Shown in pieces: positions 27,836-35,012 of a DNA stretch of 64,000 nucleotides; position 1 is the stretch's first letter; every line of letters begins with the position of its first letter. The notes below the pieces were generated by a model that was not told the origin of the DNA, ran no database searches, and saw only the letters and a list, made by a program, of their open reading frames with translations. Position numbers and translations under genes: made by a program. This DNA is from an uncultured Isosphaeraceae bacterium (GTDB taxonomy: Bacteria > Planctomycetota > Phycisphaerae > Phycisphaerales > SM1A02): NCBI GenBank assembly GCA_964630505.1, contig CAZVVI010000004.1, forward strand, positions 8,196 to 72,195, read 5' to 3'.

Positions 27836-28126
27836 TTACTCGATAATTCCAAGGATGTCATCCTCAGTCATAATCAAGTATTCATTATTATCGATTTTAA
27901 TTTCTGTGCCTGCGTATGAAGTGAACAACACATGATCACCCGCTTTGACTGTGAATGGGATGCGGCTTCCAGTCTCTTGGTTTAACCGCCCATCTCCAAC
28001 AGCAATAATTTCGCCTTCTTTTGGTTTGTCTTTTGCTGATTCTGGCAAATAGATACCACTTTCAGTTTGTTCTTGAGCGTCTGCTCTTTGTACGAGCAAT
28101 TTATCTCCGAGTGGCTTGATATTCAT
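27836..28126 (-). CDS. groS: co-chaperonin GroES
   Basis: 96 aa, MNIKPLGDKLLVQR...GEIIAVGDG..., canonical Cpn10. A strong SD (GAAGGAGAA) lies upstream. Confidence 0.96.
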   Translation of the reverse strand: MNIKPLGDKLLVQRADAQEQTESGIYLPESAKDKPKEGEIIAVGDGRLNQETGSRIPFTVKAGDHVLFTSYAGTEIKIDNNEYLIMTEDDILGIIE

Positions 28127-28169
28127 GTTTGTTCTCCTTCTTTCCTAATCAAATGTTTCTGAGAATTTT

Positions 28170-28679
28170 CTATGTGGGTAATGATGATGTGTTCCATCCT
28201 TGAAGTGGCCAACGGTCTGAATAATGTCTTCGAAGAGCTCGATGCAGAGCATCGAGTAGGGTTTCTAAGACAGCAGGTCGATCGACGACTGTAAATGCTC
28301 CTTCTTGCAGAGACCGTGCCAAACTACGAGCATTTTCTCTTACTGTGACTTGCTTTGGCCTGATGACGATTGTGGGTGGCTGAGGGTGCAACCTTCTAAG
28401 CAATTGTAGTACACGTTCTCCTCCAGCTCGCTTATCTATTGATTGATCTGCGAGTGGGATTGCTAAATCGACAATTGCGATATGAATATCGCTTTTTTCG
28501 ATCATCCGTACCGCTTCTTCGCCATTTTTAGCGGTTAAACTCCGAATTCCGAATGGACCAAGGAGTTGAGGTAACTGACGGATAGGGGAGTCATCTCTCC
28601 ACGAACCACAGGTTAATAGAAGATTCAAACGATCTGCTGAGGAGATGTTCCGTTTCGAGTTGAGTGGTTCAGATGCCAT
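28170..28679 (-). CDS. stand-alone receiver-like domain protein (atypical)
   Basis: 169 aa. It has an acceptor-like Asp in HIAIVDLAIP and CheY-like alternation of strands and helices. The N-terminal acidic pair is poorly placed, and the conserved Lys-Pro reads DRP. It ends 43 nt upstream of groES. Confidence 0.55.
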   Translation of the reverse strand: MASEPLNSKRNISSADRLNLLLTCGSWRDDSPIRQLPQLLGPFGIRSLTAKNGEEAVRMIEKSDIHIAIVDLAIPLADQSIDKRAGGERVLQLLRRLHPQPPTIVIRPKQVTVRENARSLARSLQEGAFTVVDRPAVLETLLDALHRALRRHYSDRWPLQGWNTSSLPT

Positions 28680-28802
28680 TTATACCCTTTACGTAACGCA
28701 AACCTCATGCCTAGGAAAGAGTGTTTTTTGCCTGTCAATGGGCATTATTGCGGGCTACGCACTGCCTTCTTGGCAGTCAAATCAACACGGCAACCGCCAA
28801 GT

Positions 28803-28831
28803 CCTATCGTGGTGTCAGACACCACGATAGG
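28803..28831. promoter_or_regulatory. 29-nt perfect palindrome in the divergent promoter region (candidate operator)
   Basis: CCTATCGTGGTGTC-A-GACACCACGATAGG has 14-nt perfect arms and a 1-nt centre. It lies 124 nt upstream of the receiver/groESL operon start and 46 nt upstream of the asnS ATG. Confidence 0.5.
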
Positions 28832-28876
28832 GCATTGCACAGAGGAGTGCCTAGAGGTGGTAGTATTCCCCTCTTC

Positions 28877-30310
28877 ATGGTCTTTCAAACAAAAGCAACA
28901 TTATTGTGCTCTATTCTTACACCTCCAGACGGTGAAGGAATTTCAATTGGTGAAGAAGTGACCGTTCAGGGGTGGGTGCGTTCTAGAAGAGACTCAAAAG
29001 CAGGGCTATCGTTTATTCAAATTTCAGATGGTTCATGCTTTGACCTTCTGCAAATAGTCGCACCAAGCGATCTCCCAAACTATGAATCAGAAGTATTACA
29101 TATCACAACAGGAAGTTCTATTGAGGTTACAGGAGAACTCGTTGAATCTCAAGGCAAGGGCCAGCAACTGGAACTGCAAGCAAAGTACATTACAGTGCTT
29201 GGCTTTGTCGACGACCCTGATACATATCCAGTTGCAGCGAAAAGGCATACTTTTGAATACTTACGAACAGTTTCACATTTGAGAACTCGGACCAATACAT
29301 TCGCAGCAATCGCTCGGGTGCGTGATTGTTTATCACAAGCAGTTCATCGATATTTTCACACGAATAAATTTCTTTGGGTGCACACCCCGATCGTGACAGC
29401 GAGTGATTGTGAAGGTGCTGGAGAAATGTTTAGAGTTTCGACCCTTGATCTTGTGAACACTCCAAAAACTGAAGATGGTGGAATTGATTTCGATCAGGAT
29501 TTTTTTGGTAAAGAAGCATTCCTGACAGTATCTGGTCAAATAAATGTAGAATCGTACGCGTGCTCAATGAGTCGGGTGTACACGTTCGGACCAACCTTTC
29601 GAGCAGAGAATTCAAACACTTCAAGGCACTTGTCTGAGTTTTGGATGATCGAACCAGAAATTGCATTTGCTGACTTACAAGATGATGCAGATTTAGCAGA
29701 AGATTTCTTAAAAACAATTTTTTCTGACTTACTTCATGAACGATCAGATGACATGGAATTTTTTCAACAACGAATTGACAAGAGTTGTATTGAACGATTA
29801 GAAAAGTTTATCTCGGCTAGTTTTGAACGGATGGACTATACAGATGCAATTGCTGCTCTAGTCAAAGCTCAAGAAACCGGAACCAAGTTTGAATATCCAG
29901 TCGTGTGGGGTTGTGACTTACAGTCAGAACATGAACGATGGCTAACCGAAGAACATATCGGGAGGCCCGTTGTTGTCATGAATTATCCGAAGGAAATCAA
30001 GGCGTTTTACATGAGACTGAATGATGATGAGAAAACAGTCGCAGCAATGGACGTACTTGCTCCAGGGATTGGTGAAATCATCGGTGGTTCGCAACGAGAA
30101 GAGCGACTCGATGTTTTAGATTCTCGGCTCAAGGAGTGCCATTTGGATCCAGAACCATATTGGTGGTATCGGGATTTACGTAAGTACGGTACGGTTCCAC
30201 ACGCAGGGTTTGGCTTAGGATTTGAGCGGACAATCCTTTACGCGACTGGAATGGCGAATATTCGGGATGTCATCCCGTTTGCACGAGCGCCTAGAAGTTG
30301 CGATTTCTAG
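28877..30310 (+). CDS. asnS: asparagine--tRNA ligase
   Basis: I trimmed the start to the Met at 28877. The protein has an OB anticodon-binding N-terminus ([19 protein letters not shown]), the class II core with the AsnRS-typical [21 protein letters not shown], and motif 3 GFGLGFERT. Confidence 0.92.
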   Translation: MVFQTKATLLCSILTPPDGEGISIGEEVTVQGWVRSRRDSKAGLSFIQISDGSCFDLLQIVAPSDLPNYESEVLHITTGSSIEVTGELVESQGKGQQLELQAKYITVLGFVDDPDTYPVAAKRHTFEYLRTVSHLRTRTNTFAAIARVRDCLSQAVHRYFHTNKFLWVHTPIVTASDCEGAGEMFRVSTLDLVNTPKTEDGGIDFDQDFFGKEAFLTVSGQINVESYACSMSRVYTFGPTFRAENSNTSRHLSEFWMIEPEIAFADLQDDADLAEDFLKTIFSDLLHERSDDMEFFQQRIDKSCIERLEKFISASFERMDYTDAIAALVKAQETGTKFEYPVVWGCDLQSEHERWLTEEHIGRPVVVMNYPKEIKAFYMRLNDDEKTVAAMDVLAPGIGEIIGGSQREERLDVLDSRLKECHLDPEPYWWYRDLRKYGTVPHAGFGLGFERTILYATGMANIRDVIPFARAPRSCDF

Positions 30311-30438
30311 CCCAATAGGGTCCTATAAACACTTTTTTTCTTCGTTTTTATATCAAAAAACAGGGATTTTAGAAACCGTTCTTGGGAATTGGCGAAGATT
30401 GTAGTACCCTAGAAAGTCGATAGAGACGGAGAAAATCA

Positions 30439-33400
30439 ATGATTCGATATATCAGCACAATTGTTCTTGCATGTTGTTTATGCCTTGGGGCATTTGGTAA
30501 CCAAAAACCGAACAGAGCAAGCACAGGTCAACAATTACAAGATCAAGAATTTGTGATTACCTTAGGCGAGCAATCCTTTGACCCGCTTGTCGATATTGTT
30601 ACTGTTCAAGATGAGTGGAATGATATTTCAAACATTTCTCACGATTTGCGACTCATTCAGTTTGATGGACCTATTCAAGAATCTTGGATTCAGTCGCTGG
30701 TAGATTCAGACATCACACCAGTGCAATATATCCATCCCTACACATATATCACATGGGCAGAAAAACCAAATACAAATTTAGCAGAAACACTTCCTCACGT
30801 CCGTTGGACAGGGGACTTTGTGAATGGATATCGAGTTTTACCAAAATGGAGAAATCTGAGTTCTGAACCCATCGCAATCAAATTGTTGATGTATCGAGGT
30901 GTCGATGTCCATCGAACAATCGAACAACTTCAAGAACTTGGTGCCTATAGAACTGAACATCACTCCCTTGATCATCGATTTGAAATCATTAGTTTTGTTG
31001 CTCCGGGTTCAGCCCTTTTGGATATTTCTACAATCACAGGTGTCTACACAATCCAACCGAAACCAACTGATGGCGGCCTTCGAAGTGAAATGAGCAATCA
31101 AGTGAATGCCGGAAATGTAGATGCTGGAAACATGGCATATCCTGGATATGCAAATTGGCTTAATGAAGTTGGTGTGGATGGTGCTGGCGTAATTGTTGCA
31201 ATCGTCGATGGTGGCACAGATGAGAATCACACAGATCTTTCGGGTCAATTTGTTGGATGTTCTGGTCAAAGTTGTGGTGGAAGTTCATCAAGTTCTCATG
31301 GCACACATTGTGCTGGAGCAGTTGGTGCAACTGGTAACAGTGGGAGTACCGATAGTGGTGGTTTTTTGCAGGGGCAGGGCGTCGCCCCTGGTGTTTCACT
31401 TGTTGAGCAAGTGTATTCGCCAACATTCCAACAACCAGGCGGCATGACGCAACTGATGATTGACTCTCGTCAAAATGGTGCAATTGCTTCTAGTAATAGT
31501 TGGGGACCATCAGGTTCACCTCAAGGGTACGACATCGACACGTTAGAAGTCGATACTGGGGTTCGGGATGCAGATCCTGATACTGAAGGCAATCAGCAAT
31601 TCACATATGTCCTTGCCATTATGAATGGGAGTGGTGGAACGAGTACTCAGGGCTCGCCCGATGAAGCAAAAAACATTCTTACAGTTGGTTCAACCAAGAT
31701 GCGTGATGGTGGTGGGAATCAATACCCAGAAATAAATGACGTCTCAAGCAATTCTGCACACGGACCATGCCTAGATGGAAGAACAATTCCTCACATTGTT
31801 GCACCCGGTTGCCAGACACTCTCAACGATACCAGGTTCATACGGTTTAATGTGTGGAACAAGCATGGCTTGTCCACAAGTTGCAGGTGGTGTTGCCTTAT
31901 TCGCAGAACAATACATGAATGTATATGAAGATGAACCAACACCTGCGCTGATAAAAGCAGCAATTACAGCATCAGCATTAGATTTATCTGGGAATGATGA
32001 TGCAGATGGAGGAACACTAGGACACCCGTTCGACTCAAAACAGGGCTGGGGGCGAATGAATTTGAGTTCAATGTTGATGAATCCAGATGACAGTGTGCGG
32101 TATTACGATGCCCCAGTTGTCCTTGAACAAACTGGTGATCAATGGTCGGCAACAGTATCACCACTTGATCCATCACAACCAATGAAAATCATGCTGGTGT
32201 GGACAGATGCACTTGGCCATGGTCTTGGAGGCAGTACCCCAGCATGGAACAATGACCTTGACTTATCTGTGTCTACAGGTCTTAGCACCTATCTTGGTAA
32301 CAATTTTGGTTCGCAAGGTTGGTCTGTTACAGGTGGAAGTGCTGATTCAAGGAATAACACAGAGGGTGTTTACTTAGGTCCAACAGCACCAAGCCAAGTC
32401 ACGATCACAGTAACTGCAGCGAACATAAACTCTGATGGCATTCCGAATTCAGGCGATGCACTTGATCAAGATTTTGCAGTCGTTTGTTATAACGCTGCTG
32501 CACAACCAGGCTTCTCGGTTTCGATTGATCCGAGTTCACAATCGGTTTGTGCACCAGATAGTGTGCAGTACACAGTCCACGTTGGACAAATCATGGGATA
32601 CGACAACGAAATTACATTAACAGGTGAAATGTTCTCTGGCATTACAGCATCATTCTCACCAAATCCAGTTGTACCAGGGAACGATTCAACGATGACCGTG
32701 ACCGTCGATGATTCAGTTGGTGATTCAACGTACATGTTCCAAGTACGCGGGACGTCTACAGACCAATCATCACATGAGGCTTCCGCACAAGTGCATGTTT
32801 CAGGTTCTTTGCCTGGCACAGCCACACTGGTCCAACCAGAAGATGGTACTACAGATGTTGGGCTTTCCCCAACATTCCAATGGTTCGCAGGAAGCGGTTC
32901 TAACGCATGGCATTTACAGGTCGCAACTTCTCCTGATGCATCAGATGTTGTGTATGACAACGCAAACGTTGAAACGACAACATTTCAGCTCCCACAATTA
33001 CTGGCATCAAATACACCGTACTTCTGGCGAATTAACGCCTCAAATAATTGTGGAATTGGTCAATGGACCTCATGGTGGACATTTAGAACAACTGATGCCA
33101 TGACAGTCTTACTTGTCGACGATGACGACAACGATCCAGATGTACGCTCTGTGTACACATCGTTACTTGATAGTGCTGGTGTGTTGTATGAAATTCACGA
33201 TACTAATAATTCAAATAACGAACCAGATTTTGAATCACTTCAAGGATACCCACTTGTGATTTGGTTTACAGGAGATGAATGGGGAGGTTTCGCAGGTCCA
33301 GGTGGCTCTGGTGAAACTGCTTTGGCTGCCTACATTGATTCAGGTGGTCATGTTCTGATGTCTTCCCAAGATTATCTATATGATCAAGGTCTTACAGAAT

Positions 33401-33879
33401 TTGGACAAACATATCTAGGTATCGGAAGTTATACGAGTGATGTGTATCAATCAGCTGTGACAGGGACAGATCTGTTTGAATCTCTTGGCAATGTTTCTTT
33501 GAGTTTCCCATTCTCAAATTGGAGTGACATCGTCTCTCCAAATGCCGAAGCACAGCTTGTGTTCAGTGGAGATAATGGAGATGCTGCAGTTCTCCTTGAT
33601 GGCGAACATGGTGGAGGTTCAATTTTCCTCGGCTTCCCAATCGAAGCAATGCCAGTTGAAAGCCAAGGTGCACTGATGAGCGAAGTCGTGACATGGTTAG
33701 GTGCAGGTGATACTCCTTGCCCTGCTGATTGCAATGGTGATGGTTTCGTTGATGTCAATGATCTTCTCGCAGTCATTGATGCTTGGGGTACGAACTCAGG
33801 TTGTGATATCAATGGTGATGGTATTGTTGACGTCATAGACCTCTTGGCAGTCGTTGGCACATGGGGTAGTTGCCCGTAA
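30439..33879 (+). CDS. secreted subtilisin-family (S8) serine protease with C-terminal dockerin-like module
   Basis: 1146 aa with a signal peptide. Catalytic triad blocks VAIVDGGTD, HGTHCAGAV and GTSMACPQVAG. These are followed by Ig/Fn3-like regions, an acidic flavodoxin-like segment (VLLVDDDDNDPD) and two EF-hand-like repeats (DCNGDGFVDVNDLLAVIDAWG, DINGDGIVDVIDLLAVVGTWG). Confidence 0.88.
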   Translation: MIRYISTIVLACCLCLGAFGNQKPNRASTGQQLQDQEFVITLGEQSFDPLVDIVTVQDEWNDISNISHDLRLIQFDGPIQESWIQSLVDSDITPVQYIHPYTYITWAEKPNTNLAETLPHVRWTGDFVNGYRVLPKWRNLSSEPIAIKLLMYRGVDVHRTIEQLQELGAYRTEHHSLDHRFEIISFVAPGSALLDISTITGVYTIQPKPTDGGLRSEMSNQVNAGNVDAGNMAYPGYANWLNEVGVDGAGVIVAIVDGGTDENHTDLSGQFVGCSGQSCGGSSSSSHGTHCAGAVGATGNSGSTDSGGFLQGQGVAPGVSLVEQVYSPTFQQPGGMTQLMIDSRQNGAIASSNSWGPSGSPQGYDIDTLEVDTGVRDADPDTEGNQQFTYVLAIMNGSGGTSTQGSPDEAKNILTVGSTKMRDGGGNQYPEINDVSSNSAHGPCLDGRTIPHIVAPGCQTLSTIPGSYGLMCGTSMACPQVAGGVALFAEQYMNVYEDEPTPALIKAAITASALDLSGNDDADGGTLGHPFDSKQGWGRMNLSSMLMNPDDSVRYYDAPVVLEQTGDQWSATVSPLDPSQPMKIMLVWTDALGHGLGGSTPAWNNDLDLSVSTGLSTYLGNNFGSQGWSVTGGSADSRNNTEGVYLGPTAPSQVTITVTAANINSDGIPNSGDALDQDFAVVCYNAAAQPGFSVSIDPSSQSVCAPDSVQYTVHVGQIMGYDNEITLTGEMFSGITASFSPNPVVPGNDSTMTVTVDDSVGDSTYMFQVRGTSTDQSSHEASAQVHVSGSLPGTATLVQPEDGTTDVGLSPTFQWFAGSGSNAWHLQVATSPDASDVVYDNANVETTTFQLPQLLASNTPYFWRINASNNCGIGQWTSWWTFRTTDAMTVLLVDDDDNDPDVRSVYTSLLDSAGVLYEIHDTNNSNNEPDFESLQGYPLVIWFTGDEWGGFAGPGGSGETALAAYIDSGGHVLMSSQDYLYDQGLTEFGQTYLGIGSYTSDVYQSAVTGTDLFESLGNVSLSFPFSNWSDIVSPNAEAQLVFSGDNGDAAVLLDGEHGGGSIFLGFPIEAMPVESQGALMSEVVTWLGAGDTPCPADCNGDGFVDVNDLLAVIDAWGTNSGCDINGDGIVDVIDLLAVVGTWGSCP

Positions 33880-33922
33880 CCAATTAATTAACCCGCGGTT
33901 AATTTATCTCGTTTAATTGCAG

Positions 33923-34103
33923 TGGGTTACGTTGCGCACACTGGTCCGATAATTGGACTGTTTCAAGGCTTCAATTTGGCTCAATTCCCTCGTATTCATG
34001 TGCGAGCCGAGTCCGATATCGCAACAAATTACAAATCTTCAGTATTTATCGAGAGGAGTTGGTGTAGCAAACGATTGTTAAGTTGTCCAATGGGTTACGT
34101 TGC
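33923..34103 (+). repeat. 13-nt direct repeat TGGGTTACGTTGC (33923-35 and 34091-103) in the leader of the B12-domain gene
   Basis: Both copies read directly. Each is followed by a similar ...ACTG(T)GG tail. They are 168 nt apart, in the 309-nt gap upstream of the likely GTG start at 34189. Confidence 0.6.
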
Positions 34104-34188
34104 CAACTGTGGCACTCCAAGGACGCTGTCCCAAGACAGTTCTCCCGCCTCGTGGATAAGAGGCATACAACGCAAAAGGGGTTTTGCC

Positions 34189-34893
34189 GTGAACACTGAT
34201 ACTTTTATTGAAAAACTATTTCCTCTCCTTGTTACTGGTGACCGTAAATCTGCAAGGGCATTTGTTGCTGAAGCGATTACATCTGGCTGGACACCAGAAG
34301 AAATTTCAGAGAACGGTTTTTGGCCTGTTCTTGACGCCATTAACACGTTGTATAGAAACGACCAAATGACAAGTGTCGCACACCATTATGCGACACGATT
34401 GCTTAGATCATTAGTTGATCAAGTGCAAGCAGGGTATTCCCAGCAAAAATCAAACAACAAATCTATTCTTTTATTCTGTGGTCCAAGTGAAGCTGACGAT
34501 CTTGCAGCACAAATTGTTGCAGATCTTTGTGAGGCAGATGGATGGCAAGTTCGATTTGGCGGAGGTGGCGTTCCAGCAGATGAGATTCTTGCAGAAACGA
34601 ATGAATGCAAGCCAGATGCATTGTGCATGTTCTCGTCTTCTCCTTGTGATGCGCCTCATATCCGAAACATCATTGACACAATCAAAACAGTTGGTGCTTC
34701 ACCACAAACACAAATCGTTGTTGGTGGCGGACTCTTTAACAGAGTAGAAGGACTTGCTGAAGAAATTGGAGCAGATCTCTGGGCAAGTTCGCCAGCAGAC
34801 TTAAAAACAAAGATAACAGCAGAGTCGAAACGACGTGCTCCTGAAGGTCAACGCACAGTTGGCCGCAACATTCGCCCAAGTAAAGCAGCATAA
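34189..34893 (+). CDS. cobalamin-binding-domain-like protein (helical cap plus Rossmann module) lacking the canonical His ligand
   Basis: I chose the GTG at 34189, preceded by AAAGGGG; the track start is 33922 and the ATG at 34090 is an alternative. The layout resembles B12-binding_2 plus B12-binding (ILLFCGPSEADDLAAQIVADLCEADGWQV). The DxHxxG position reads EADDLA. Confidence 0.55.
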   Translation: MNTDTFIEKLFPLLVTGDRKSARAFVAEAITSGWTPEEISENGFWPVLDAINTLYRNDQMTSVAHHYATRLLRSLVDQVQAGYSQQKSNNKSILLFCGPSEADDLAAQIVADLCEADGWQVRFGGGGVPADEILAETNECKPDALCMFSSSPCDAPHIRNIIDTIKTVGASPQTQIVVGGGLFNRVEGLAEEIGADLWASSPADLKTKITAESKRRAPEGQRTVGRNIRPSKAA

Positions 34894-34920
34894 AGACAGA
34901 AAAACCCTTACGCAAAACCC

Positions 34921-34958
34921 AATAACGCAATGAACAACTGTTCGTTGCGTTATTTTTT
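34921..34958 (+). terminator. rho-independent terminator after the B12-domain-like gene
   Basis: AAUAACGCAA-U-GAACA-AC-UGUUC-G-UUGCGUUAUU followed by UUUUAAUUUUUGUUUUUU. Confidence 0.8.
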
Positions 34959-35012
34959 AATTTTTGTTTTTTGCGATTTTGCTACAATGAGACCATTGGA
35001 AAGAGGAGTTCT

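Noticed and set aside
28721-28876. N-terminal extensions of track ORFs: asnS from 28721, DUF1559-like to 21903, rnd to 25894, nuoA to 45514, csrA from 16372, the 899-aa ORF from 34971, the lipoprotein to 55789, and the Zn-ribbon gene from 14925.
   Set aside because: Family N-termini or signal peptides begin at internal Met codons. The extensions run through terminator hairpins or promoter regions or have no homology-like features, so I used trimmed coordinates.
28127-28876. CIRCE (TTAGCACTC-N9-GAGTGCTAA) or HAIR heat-shock operators upstream of groES or of the receiver gene.
   Set aside because: The nearest match is TTGCAC-N6-GTGCCTAG at about 28836-28855, with only 4-bp arms and the wrong spacing. 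No convincing element found.
28841-28879. Possible T-box-like element in the asnS leader. AGAGGUGGUAGUAUUCCCCUCU resembles the GGUGGUAC T-box core and can fold into a hairpin ending 2 nt before the AUG.
   Set aside because: I could not find a Stem I, a specifier loop with an Asn codon or a K-turn. The leader is short, and its main structure is a perfect palindrome unlike any T-box helix. The resemblance covers about 7 nt only.
30311-30345. Terminator after asnS (AUAGG-GU-CCUAU followed by a U-run), and AAUUAAC-CCGCG-GUUAAUU after the protease gene (33883-33901).
   Set aside because: The stems are only 5-7 bp and AT-rich, with a 2-nt loop in the first case. They are too weak to annotate with confidence.
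33880-34188. Cobalamin riboswitch upstream of the B12-domain-like gene.
   Set aside because: Only loose fragments resembling a B12 box (GCCAACTG, CACTGG) are present. The conserved core helices and the GCCACTG box are not, so it is not supported.
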